Shown piece after piece: positions 12,993-24,719 of a DNA stretch of 64,000 nt. The position numbers and the translations under genes are program-made. This DNA comes from Glaucostegus cemiculus. Taxonomy: Eukaryota. Numbering within the stretch: the first letter of the stretch is position 1; every line of letters begins with the position of its first letter. The stretch lies in the NCBI GenBank assembly GCA_976551045.1, contig CDPCPM010000370.1:1240001-1304000 (forward strand), written 5' to 3'. The notes under the pieces are model-generated. The model worked only from the letters and a program-made list of their open reading frames with translations, was not told the DNA's origin and searched no databases.

Positions 12993-13240
12993 AGTGTCTG
13001 TAAGGAGTTTGTACGTTCTGTCGGTATCTGCGAGGGTTTCCTCCGGGTACTCCGGTTTCCTCCCACATTCCAAAGACGTACAGGTTGGGAAGTTGTGGGC
13101 ATGCTGTGTTGGCGCCGGAAGTGTGGCGGCACTTTCCGGTTGCCCGCAGAACACGATGCAAAAGATGTATTTCACTGTTTGTTTCGAAGTACATGTGACG
13201 AATAAAGCTTTTATCTTATCTCATCTTATATTATATTATC
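12993..13240 (+). mobile_element. 5'-truncated V-SINE (HE1-like core) with ATCTT-type tail
   Basis: Core GTAAGGAGTTTGTACGTTCT...GGGTTTCCTCCGGGTACTCCGGTTTCCTCCCACATTCCAAAGACGTAC, shared with the SINE at 62.4-62.6 kb. Ends AATAAAGC followed by ATCTT repeats. Confidence 0.8.
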
Positions 13241-13724
13241 TTAATAGTGTCTTGGCTCTCATCAGTCTCCATCGGCGCTTCACATACAGGTTTACTTCTC
13301 TGGAAAGCAATTCAGCTGAAAATACTTACCCTTGTTGTTAATCTTCCAGATTAGATCAGCGCTGTCTTTCTCTGTAATATCCATAAATGCAATATATACT
13401 TTTTATTCTTTCCAGAGTTTAACTGTAGCAGCAATAGTGGTGTCTCGCTTAAATCCTCCTAGCCCACGATCCGTAACAACCCAACGTCGAAATTTTCATA
13501 TCTCTCCGTTTCTATCTTGCCTTGTACAGAATCATAAAAATTAGGTTTCAGTTAAATGGGCATCGGCATATCGTTTGCCCACCTCTTCCTTTGGTTTTTT
13601 TTGCATGTCTATGTTGACCTCACTCCCACGAGATGCCTTGAGATATGTTGAAACAGGCTATTGTCATGGTTCCGAGAGGGCTTATCTCCACAATGGTATT
13701 GGCCAATTTGATTCATCAAGTATA

Positions 13725-13930
13725 TTGAGTGTGGAGTAAACATTGGCTGGCACAAAGGAGATACACCCATTGTTCTTCTTCGAAGTATCATCATGGGAAC
13801 TCTTCCATCTGTTGAAATACAAGGAAACGGACATGGCTTCTTTATCTCGGTTGACTTTGAGTCTGTAAAGCTGGCCTGAATTTTACGTTGGATGTCAGCT
13901 CTGTCCATGTGCCGGGATATTCCTGAGATG
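13725..13930 (-). mobile_element. Degenerate SINE fragment, possibly Deu-domain type
   Basis: By-eye resemblance of AAACATTGGCTGGCAC...GTTCTTCTTCGAAGTATCATCATGGGAACT...GATGTCAGC to the antisense Deu domain. Not verified. Confidence 0.35.
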
Positions 13931-14274
13931 ATTTCTTTCCACGAACACGGCCTCAAACTATATTTTAAATAGGATTTGTCAATATTGCATCAAAATGCAT
14001 CTGACCAGCCCACTGTTGTTTACGAAATTTTTCAGGTAATGCACATTTTTGGATGTGGTTGATTGAGAAGCAGCCCAATAACATCGCGTATCATTGTTGA
14101 AGCTCAATCTCTATTTCCTGCTGGCACATACTCGTTCCTGGTGCTGTCGCTCCTGGAATAAGCAAACAGTGTTTCAAACAGAAAACGCTATTGATGGTCA
14201 ACGACTTTATACAGGGAAAAATGTTGAACTTAAGCTGCTAATCCCGATGCAACACACTGTGGGACACTGTCTTT

Positions 14275-14396
14275 TATGTTTCTGTCGTGGATGTGAAGGA
14301 CCCGAGGACGGCCGACACAGCCATCTATTATTGTATCAGAATAACAGTCAAGGGTTCACTATGTTGCAATCAATGAACTCCCCGTTGACAAATCAG
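14275..14396 (+). pseudogene. Relic of an IgH VH(-D) 3' end with decayed RSS inside the TCR V array
   Basis: Encodes VDVKDPRTADTAIYYCIRITVKG (compare [22 protein letters not shown] at 51.05 kb). Then CACTATG (14357-14363) + 24 bp + ACAAATCAG. The 3' flank resembles that of the 51.1-kb VH. Confidence 0.75.
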
Positions 14397-17300
14397 ACCA
14401 ACTAGATTTCTCCTGCTTTAAATTAACAGCATGGCAGTAAAACACGAATAAAGACCGAGGAAAGGAAAGTCACATGATTGTTAATCACCTGAAGTTACAA
14501 AGCTCACTAAAATGACCACTATTTTACTCCTTGCCGTCTCAAGCAGCTTTGTATACTCTGGGCCACAACAGTCGTCCATTGTGTCTACTGTAGCAGAAAA
14601 GTGATTTTCCGCGCAGGACGTGCACCAGACGCTTTACAACATCTCTGAAATTTGGGCTTAAGTTTCAACAGTGGGCTCCAGCACAAACACAGCTATCTGC
14701 ATTGTGAGCAGAGGAAGTTCAGGGAAGAGCTGCTCTACGCCCTAAAATACCCCTTTGTTTGTTTGGAAAATCAGTGAAAACATGCTAACCGGGTTTTAAG
14801 CCGTTTCTCAACACAAAACATTATGCGCCCGACTGGCTGATCTTCTAAATGTGTCTCAGTTCATTCTATTAATTCCCCAAAATAAATCTTACTAGAACGA
14901 CCGCTAAACCATATAAACTACGTTATTGTTGTCAAATCGCTTGTTTGCTATCAGTTCATTTGTTTCAGTTGTGACTCGAGAAAAGGCATACCAACTTGCC
15001 TTTCCCATTGGGAATCACTGAGATTGTCATCGGTTATCGTCTTTGTTCCCTGTTTTTGCCGGCCTTCGAATCCAACGGCCGCGCCTTCAGATTACGGAAC
15101 AAAACAAAAATACGTAATTCCGTTCTGAACTTCTCCGGTATCCTCAGTTAAACGCCTCTTCAAGCCAAGATCTCCGGCACGAATTTCATATTTCCCCCTC
15201 TGTATACAAAAGTTGTCTGCCATTTTACTTTGTTTGTTAACTTTCCTGTAAGCCATGTCTGGTATTTCGTTGATCGATTAACTGATTTCTGTTTCCTTCC
15301 ACTTTGAGATCGGAAATTTGAGCAATTGAAATATATCTCTCGATTCGTGTGTCTATTTCTGTAGATGTTTCCGCGGAGGAACATCCACTCCACCGACTTG
15401 TCGATGAAGCCTCAAATTCAGTCTATTTTTGCTGTTGCTTGACCGATTATACCCCGCGCGTTTTCGGGTGCGTGTGTATCAATCACTTCGATGTCAGCCA
15501 GGATTAATATGTGCACTTCATTACCACTAGCACGCTTGTGCCATTTCATATTATCTGACATTGAAAATCCCTTAGGCGTTTAGAAACGGTCTCTACGACA
15601 TCATACATGAAGTGTCCACATTACTTAACAGAATAATAATCACATAGTTTAGTGAAACTGGAAAATTAAATGAAGAAATACAATAAACTTGAATCGCATG
15701 AATGGCTGATATTTAGATTCAAGAATCTATTTTCGAAATGAATCGATGTTCAGAGGAACGCAGGGTCAATCAATGCGTGATCGGGTTCCGACGCGTAACT
15801 CCAGCACAGCCATAATGTGACGTCGTGGGGCGTCAATTCTTTTGCTCTGGCCTGAGGAAGGCACCTGGTCGGAGAGCTCAGCAGGGTGATACGTTCTCCA
15901 TCCCTATCCCTTGGATCCACCTCAATTCCCAGTTCCAAAACTTGAGATGGTGTCAGTTAACTGCAAGTGTCAGTCAAACAAATAATTCGAGAGTTGTTGC
16001 ACGGGAATTATTATGTTTGCAGGGAGGGTAGGAAAGTGACAACTTCCTAGGTTCAACCCTTTTCTACTCTTCAACAACCTCTGCAGGAATGTAAGGAACA
16101 GTCCTTGTTTCAGCCCTCCTGCGGCCCACGCACTATCTCCTTTCCTCGTACACCTGTCATCACTGCTGTTGTGCTTCGTGAAGACTCATCTCATTTCTTG
16201 TCAATTTTCAACCTGCTCTCACTCTCACGTGGCCCATCTCGGACTCTTCCCTTCAGCTGTTGAATCTCCCCATCGCATCTCAGGACATTAGCTCACCACA
16301 AGCAGCCATTGAAAGCCCACAGACTCCCCTATTTTCGTCCCTCCGGTCCCTCCAGAGAACTTCATAAAATCGGAATTGGGACATGACCCTCGTCCTGCTT
16401 CTACTGCACCGGGCGCCAAAACAGAAAATATTTCAATGATCTTTGTAACTTATTATTATCCTGCTTCTCAGAAGGGCCTGACTGCAGTCTGCATGAGCAA
16501 ATAAAAATGCAGGTAGAACAATGATAAAAGCAAAGAGTACATTGGCTTTCGTTGCAAGATAATTTGAGGTCTCGTGTACAGGCGGCTGACAGAAATTATG
16601 GAAGCATGCAGCTGGACAATAGCTGGAATAATACCGGTTGCAATGTTACTGGAATATTAAAGGTGTATGGTTGCCTGCGCCACTTGAGGAATAATTTAAT
16701 TTTGAAAGAGTAAATGAAATGCCCAGTTACTCTTGAATGTTTACAAGAAATAACCTCATCGCATCATCCAAAAGTCTGATGGACCTTGGCAGACAAATGT
16801 ACTGATGGTGGTCTCACTAGCTGGGTGCCCGGAACAAGATATCACTAAACATTTTCATACTATCAGTTCACTGAACGCTGAATTTGTGCCGGAATCCTCT
16901 CGTTCAATAATATTTGAACAGCACAGGAACAAAGTTCGTTTACTTTGTCTGCAATTCAACTTTGTTTCATTGTTCCTTTCCTTTTCTATTTCGTCCTTTC
17001 TATTTCATCATTCGCTCTACTCCATCACCTTTCCGTTTACAACGTGTATAAAATATTGGAATTACATTACATTTCTTGTATATGCTTCCGTTTTAGTTGG
17101 CAAAATGGCATGGGGTGTGAAGGAGTGACGACAATACTGAATATAATTTCCGCCCACTGTGGACTCTTTCCTAATTTGTCCCTCGCTATCGACATCGTGA
17201 CTGATGTAAGCTGATTACCTTTCTTCACAGCTGTGGGACTGAGGTTATGTTAGGCCGTTTACAATTCAGAATCGACCTGCATTTATCTTGATATCCAGGC

Positions 17301-18639
17301 AGATTCCACCTCAGGACGTCCGTCTAGGTTGCAGAATGCAATGCAAAGAGGCTGCAGCTGCAGATGTACCGGAAGAAACACCATCCACGTGTCTTAATGG
17401 AAGATCACATATCCAGCTCCTCTTTTTAATTTGCACTGGGATAACAAAAACAGAGACAAGCGCAAATTCTGCCAGTGTATAATTGACTCAATTTTCAAAG
17501 AACGCTACAGCAAAATAAGTTTTCTTTGACGATGAGTCGAAAAGAAAATCAGAACACCGAATGTGTCTCTGTTAGGAGTTTATCGTGTTTTGCAGCTCGA
17601 CTGGAGCTGAACAAACGCATTCGAACTCAGTCAGCGGTAATCTCAGTTTGCAGGTTAAATAAGCCCCACCTTGTCTGCCAGTGGCAGGAGCGGCTCTGTC
17701 GCCAGCGTCTGATTCAACACATTTTATCTTCCCTTGCAACGCCAACGACAATGCAGCCAGTGTCCCCATTCAGCTAAGAATGAAACTCGTCTGTCTTCTC
17801 AGACACCCCACAACATTACCACCAAATGCTTCTCTGTCGGTAGCATGATTTATTTCTAAAACAACGCAAAATGTATGACAAATTTCCACATTTAATTCTA
17901 CCGTGGATACATCAGAATTTTGCCCACATGGCAAACATAGTGAAATTGACGTTGCAGAACATTGAAGAACAATTGGAGAGACCAGGAAATCAAGGTTTGT
18001 TAACGTCAGTCGGACATGAGCCACCAACTAAAAATACAACTACTGGGTTTAAACCCGTCCACTGAAGGTAATTCATTCAAATGGTCTTTCCGGTCGGCCA
18101 TTTGGGCACTGAGACTTCCACAGCTGATAACTTCTCGTTCTTTGCAACAGTAGTAAAGCAACAGCTGCTCTCAGACGCTAGAAGTATCGGCGGGGTCTCA
18201 GCGAACATGATGGGACAAACATCAGAGCACCGGGCTTTCCCCGTTTCTTTACTTTGATGTTGCCAGCCTTCTGAATGCCTCGTCTTTATTTCTGTTCACT
18301 CCAACGTCTTCATCACACTGGGATTTGATGAAATTGTTGTTTGTCAGGAAGAATCAGAAAACCGCAGAAAGTCTGTTGCATTGACAAAACATGAATTGCT
18401 TGGTGGAACATTTGAACTAAAACAAGCCGCCCTTGCAATTAGTAACCTCAGGCAACGGTTTCAAATTCTTCTCGTAAACGCAAGCGAAATTGCCCAGCAT
18501 TTATCCAAATAGAATCAGTTGTGGTCATCTTTCTGCAAAGGCATTTGTGTTCCCTTTCCGCGAGACGGGAGAAAACTGTGGCAACGACCGAAGAAGTGAT
18601 TCTGAGAAATGGAAAATAACGTCTGCAAATCTTCGGAAG

Positions 18640-18800
18640 CTGGGATCAAACAGAGCACATCAGGATTTTATAGACATCAGAAAAGAACTCAACAAGGGCA
18701 CGAAGAAAGCCAGGTCAGGTCACGAAAAGTTATTTGCAAACAGGATTAAAGGAAATCCTAAAGCATTCTATGACACATGGACCCGGACGGCAGCCAATGG
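18640..18800 (+). mobile_element. CR1 ORF2 fragment
   Basis: Translates as RKELNKGTKKARSGHEKLFANRIKGNPKAFY, matching the CR1 motif before the RT domain. Confidence 0.7.
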
Positions 18801-19722
18801 ATAACATGCATCGTTGCGTCACCTAGCGGCCATGATTATATGTTATCCAGTGTACGATATTGTCGTTAACTCCTGACTGTCATTTTTTAGAGACATCAGC
18901 TACGTTCCGTGTGGTCAAAGCGGAACAGCATTGAATTTCGGGGCAGATCCCGGATGGTGGGACAGAAGGTCGCCTGGGTGAGGAGGCCACCAGTTCCTCA
19001 TGGTCACTGTAATTTTGGCGATGTAAAACCCAAGGCTAAAGATGAACACATTATACTCAAGGGATTCTGAACAAGCCTTCCAAATACCTGAGTATCAATG
19101 CAATCTCGAAACACTGGTTCTCATTGTAATTATTTTCGCCGTTCGTTATTTTCTTATCTACATCGCCCTTTTATTATGATAATGTTTGTAAACAGGAACC
19201 ACGATGTTCTCTTCAGTGACCCATCCTTCTCTGTTATGAGTAGAATAGTTTTCTTTCTCTCGGTCACAGTACACATCACGGCTTTTTATTATACGAGATG
19301 CCGGACAGATTTATTATATACATCTACACCTACTTGGCTTTCCTTCATTGAGTCATGTTCTTTTTCCTTTGATTTTGATACGTGTGACAGAACTGTGATG
19401 TGTTATGAATGTGGTCAAATCCAGTACTGGGGCATAAATAGCCAAAGTATAATCTTTGGACAGCAAAATGTAACTGCAGATGCAGGAAATTCCAACTCAA
19501 GGCAGGAAATCACACAGACTCTCAGTAGGTCGAACAGTACCTGTGAAAAGGGAAACATAACTGTCTGCTGTTGAAATAACTGATTTCTTCTTAATCCCAG
19601 AAGTTTGTACAGCAGCGCTAGTTTAAACGTTCATGGGCTGCTGGTGGGTGACGTGTTGGTCATCGCGTGAAATTGCAGCTTTGCGCGGAGCTTAATCCTG
19701 GACACGCGGTTTGTTTCCACAG

Positions 19723-20077
19723 TACAATCCCGGCAAACATTCCCATTTATCGCTGGCCGGGAAAGTTACCATTGTCGACGAGTAGAAAACGCCAAATCCT
19801 GACCACAAGCCCTTCGGGGATACCGATAAATGAATTAACCAGACGTTTTAGTTACTGCTGTCGAACGAAATATCCCCCCAAGCAAAGGACTGTCGGGACC
19901 AGAAATACCAGGGCTTTTACTTGCTTCTGGTTGGAAGGCCTCAGCAAGACGGCTGACTTAAAGACTTAAAACCACATGCTTCCCTACCGCACTGAAAAGC
20001 TCAGATAATTTTTGCGCTTTTACTGACACGGGACTGCAGCTGAACGGCTCCGCCGATTATTTTTACGCCCTCAAGCT
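19723..20077 (+). pseudogene. Heavily decayed TCR V relic
   Basis: 3' end reads FTDTGLQLNGSADYFYALKL (like LTISGLQLxDSAVYFCALR). Candidate acceptor TTCCACAG at 19715-19722. RSS barely recognisable; 5' boundary uncertain. Confidence 0.45.
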
Positions 20078-21479
20078 CATCTTGATGTTAACCAGAGTAA
20101 CTGCTGTCTGGCAACTCCGGCCGCTGTGTGGATCTATGCTCTCCCCCTTGACTCCGCGGGGCACCCCGAACTTTTACAATCTCTCGCCATCCGGAGAGAT
20201 GAAACCAGGAACCTGACATTTTCCCAGGCTTCTCATGCCTCCCTCCTTTACTTTCAGGAGCTCAGTGAAATTTATCATTTCCGTTCACTTCTATTGGGCT
20301 GCCCGTAAATTTAAAACTTCCGTTAAATTTCCATTCAGCACTGCTTCAATGAAATCACTCCACGGCTGCCGAGGCTTTTTGCCGATTTTTTTCCTAGTTG
20401 AACATTAACCTTATGATCGATTCTGCGCCCATCGAATACAGACACATCTCTATGTAATTTAATGAGTGGAACTGCACGTAATACTCAAGCAGCCGCCCTA
20501 CAGATATTGCACATAATTCCGACATAACCCTCCTTACTTTTCTCATTCTTGTGTTTTGCATTGGCTTATCGCCGAAGACAATTGATTCCCACTTGTATGA
20601 CAGAGAGTTTTCAAATGGGCTTCTCCGAGCATAAGAAGACTCCCTCAGAATCTGCCATTATGAGCTGCAGAATCGCAAATATGACATCTTTTACCTGTGT
20701 GTCATCTGACAGTGTTCGAGTGAAATACCGTGTCTGTGCCTTTTGAGTGGCCCGTTTGTGCTTATCTGTTTGGGCATTTATTCCGTCCATGTTTGTGTAT
20801 TTCCCTCGTACGTTTTTTAATGTGTCTGTGTGTTTCTGTGTGGAGTGCATATAAGTGTCCCTGTTCAGTCGGTTCCGTGTATGGTTTCCGCAGTTCTGCT
20901 TCCAGCCTCCAAGCGACAATAGAGGTCGCTCTCGGGACACGTCTGAAATCCCATTCGTTTGAAGTATCTGACATGTGGTGCAGAGCAGTCCTGCACCAGT
21001 TTAACTGTTGATGACAAAGGATCTTTGACCTAAATCTTCACGCTCGTTCTATTCCGCAGGTGCTACCTGGCCTGATGAGTTATTTTTTCCGAGCGTTTTG
21101 AGATCTTATATGTATTCATTCATTGGTTGTCTATAAATCCTGTTTCCAAAAGCATCCAAATACACCACGCTTGTCATCGTTGTTCACCGGAGAAGACTTT
21201 TCACAGATCCAGCAGCTTCCTGCTGGAATCCGCTAACGACAGAGGAACCGGCGCATGGCGGTCGGAAAAAGTCAGCAGTGATTGGCCAGCAGCTCCTGCT
21301 GACATGTTCACTGTTGGTTGTATTTTAGAGTGACGAGCTAATCATCTGTTTCACCAACGCCCCCAAGTCTTCGAATCACAGAAGCCCGCCGTGACCTGAT
21401 TGTCTTCCTTAATATTTTACTCCAGGGGACGAAAATGTTGTGAACATTCTATTGCCAGTCCGAATTTACACCGAGAACC

Positions 21480-21917
21480 ATGCACTCCTTCTGTTCATTG
21501 CTGATCGTACTGGGGCTACTGCCTGGTGAGTTTGTATACAAATTATGAATGTGTGTCCTGAGAGTCACAGTATTTCCTGCACTGTTTGAACTCTAAATGC
21601 CTTGTTGCAGGAGCGAGTAGTGAAGATTCAGTTTCACAGGATACGCCCGAATTAACGGTTGAAGACGGAAAGACCATAACACTGAACTGCACCTACTCCA
21701 CATCGGATGCCTTTCCCTACCTCTTCTGGTACATGCAGTGTCTTGGGGAAGCTCCGGCATATTTATTGAAGAGATACGGTAAGGACGGGCAGGATCGGTC
21801 TCCAGATGTCCCTTCCCGATTCTCTGCGGATTTTAACCCGGATAAGAAAACGGTTCCATTGACAATCTCCAGGACCCTTGTCTCCGACACTGCTGTCTAT
21901 CACTGCGCTCTGAGACC
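21480..21917 (+). CDS. TRAV: TCR alpha/delta V segment, open frame (leader 21480-21525, V exon 21611-21917)
   Basis: Leader MHSFCSLLIVLGLLP with donor GTGAGT and acceptor TTGCAG. EDSVSQDTPELTVEDGKTITLNCTYSTSDAFPYLFWYMQCLGEAPAYLLKR...SRFSADFNPDKKTVPLTISRTLVSDTAVYHCALRP. Alpha versus delta use cannot be resolved here. Confidence 0.93.
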
Positions 21918-21956
21918 CACACTATAGCAGGTGTGCAGTCAGTCCATACCAAAACC
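21918..21956 (+). promoter_or_regulatory. 23-spacer RSS
   Basis: CACACTA + 23 bp + ACCAAAACC. Confidence 0.85.
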
Positions 21957-24160
21957 GGTGAAGGAGGACTCACTTCTGCTATGTTCCAGCAACAACAGAA
22001 AAACAACTAGCCATATATAAATGTTATGAACTATTTATTAATAACTACCTGTAATAACACGATAAAAAAATAAATGTTTTTTAAACAATGACCCCAAACA
22101 TATACTCGAAGTGTGTATGTGGCAAATTCCCAAGCCCCATGTTTAGGAATAGCTCTGAAAGTTCATTTCAGCGAGTCACGAGGAAGAACGACGAGCAAAG
22201 GCTTTTGTAAAACCACAGCAGATTGCAGAAAGAATGTAGAGAGAAGTTAGGAAATACACATGTTCCACGATGTGGCCCATACGACTCCTCAATCACCGAT
22301 GATCTCCAATGCTTTGTTCCGAAGTATCTGCCACAACGAGGGCATTCGATACGTGGCCGCGCACAGATATACCTGCTTTACAGTACAGGTTAACGACAAA
22401 GTAGACTCCAGAGATTGCTCCAAAAAATCGTGCATGGATCGTATTGTGAAAATCACAGCTGTTGTTCTTCATCCATAGATACAGAAACCGGCAGTCAATC
22501 TCTCTCTGTTTCTCTCTCTCCGTGTCTGTCTCCCAATGCAACAGTTCAAAAGCCAGTACTGCACAGTTGTAGTCTTGCAGTCGTCAGATAACACACTGCT
22601 GTCCAGTTGCCTCGGTGGGACATTTGCCAAGTAGCAACCTCTCTCGTAACACCTCCCCAAGAGAAAAATGTTTAACTGCGTATACAATTGATAAAGCAAC
22701 GAGTTACAATTATCACACGGCATGATTATGATAGGAACCTGGCTCGTAACGCCTCTCATCACGAGATCGGATGAATGATGTGATTTCACAACGGAATCCA
22801 CTTCAAAATTTCATTGGGGGCGATGAAAGACTTTGGGTTAAAGATTATATCTTTATAAAAGCACAATTTTGCAGGCGTAACACCTTATTCATTAATTGCC
22901 TGAACAGCGCAGCAAGTATTATTTTCCACGTTGGACACAATGAGTGTCTGAGCCTGCGCAGCCGCACAGAACAGAAGATTGCAAATATTCGAATCCACTC
23001 CTTGGGTAAAGAACTGTCTTTTCATCATTGCCTTCAATTACGATCTCTTGTTGTGGAACGGGAATTCTTTGTTCAATACACTGCCGCCATGGGTAACCAT
23101 GAACTATCCATCCACCAGTCGTCCCATACATGCAACATCCAGTGTTCATGAAAGATGGCGCCGGAGGGTGGCCACTCGTTGCAAGCTACTGATTGGAGAT
23201 ACCCTTGTTACTTCTACAAAAATAGTTCTATTCTTCTCACTCCTAATTTTAAGACTGTAAGAATTGCTGTGTTGTAAATCATGTTATTCTGTTCCCCCTT
23301 GTACTATCTCGATGTACTGAAGGGATGAAAAGATCTGCATAAATGACATGCAAGAAAGTTTTTCATCATACCTCATTACACGTGACAACAATAAACTCAT
23401 CTGCCAATTTGCCGTAAGGGATGAGTAGGTTTCAGATAAGTTTCCCTCCATGTTTCTCTGTATACAAGAGAGTGCAGACCCACTCTGCTTCATCCCTCGC
23501 TCAAAGAGAAACAAGCCATCATATGGTGATCTTTGTCCTCACCTCCCCTATCACAAGTAGAGCTTACTTGAATAAGGTGAGTAGCCTTGACCAAATATTT
23601 AGATGAATGCATTCGGAAGCTCTATCTGATTGGACGTGTCTCAATGCGACTTTAAATGCGACCGTTACAAAAAAAAGACATAACACATATATTTTTGACA
23701 TGCCTCCATTCTCTGCTGATATCTTTGCATGTTATGAAATCCCATTCCTTACATTCGTGATGTATGTCTCTTGTTTTCAGAAAGCGTCTCGTTTCGACGG
23801 AGTATTAGGAAATGAGGACCACAACCGAAGTGTACACACCACTGTTGCCGGTTTATTTTGAACAGAGGTCGTCAAATTGAATGATTTTATTTCAGATACC
23901 CAGGAACACTGTGTTTGCGTTAGAGATCAATTTTCTTTTTTTTACTGTTGAGACAGAATGATCATCGCCCACACCTCCCCTGTTCCCATATCACGAATCT
24001 TCGAACCAATGAACTGTGAGATGATTGAACGAGTTCAAGAACAAAGGACCAATCAGCTTATTCAACGTCACCAGTCTGGGTGCCAGAGAATACTCATTTT
24101 GCATCAAACCGAGGTCGACATAGCGTATTCTGTTAAAACTTCCATCAGATCTCTGCAAAC

Positions 24161-24680
24161 ATGTTCGCTGTTCGTTCATTGCTCATAGCGACGATTGTCT
24201 TCACCGGTGAGTTCACAAGCTGTCAATACTACTCCTCACAATTTTATTGGATGTGAAATATGAACGGTTAGCGCATCGGAACTCGGAAAGGCAATGACAA
24301 ACGGTTAGTTTATGTGATAGAAGCATTGTGAAATAACATTGTGAAATAACATTGTGAATAACGGCTGTTTCAGGACACTGTCGTGGAGATTCCATTTCAC
24401 AGACTCCGTCCGCAACCACACTGAGCGAAGGGGAAGATGTCCTATTGCACTGTAATTATACAGCAGCAGGTGCTACGAATCTGGATTTGTTCTGGTACCG
24501 TCAATATCGCAGCGGGGCCCTGGAGTTTCTGGTCCAGAAAAGCAGGTTCAACGAGAAGAAGGCGACGAATGCAGGGGAAAGATTCTCAGTCACCCTCCAT
24601 CTTTCGAATGGAACCGTTCCTCTGTCTGTGTCTGAAACCCATCTGGGAGACTCAGCGGTGTATTACTGCGCCCTGAGAGC
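24161..24680 (+). CDS. TRAV: TCR alpha/delta V segment, open frame (leader 24161-24206, V exon 24374-24680)
   Basis: Leader MFAVRSLLIATIVFT with donor GTGAGT and acceptor TTTCAG. GDSISQTPSATTLSEGEDVLLHCNYTAAGATNLDLFWYRQYRSGALEFLVQK...ERFSVTLHLSNGTVPLSVSETHLGDSAVYYCALR. Canonical C, W and C are present. Confidence 0.95.
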
Positions 24681-24719
24681 CACAGAGATACGAACCAGGG
24701 TTAGACTTGTACAAAATCT
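24681..24719 (+). promoter_or_regulatory. 23-spacer RSS
   Basis: CACAGAG + 23 bp + ACAAAATCT. Confidence 0.9.

Noticed and set aside
17526-18027. Possible additional V relic
   Set aside because: No C-W-C framework spacing and no RSS on either strand.
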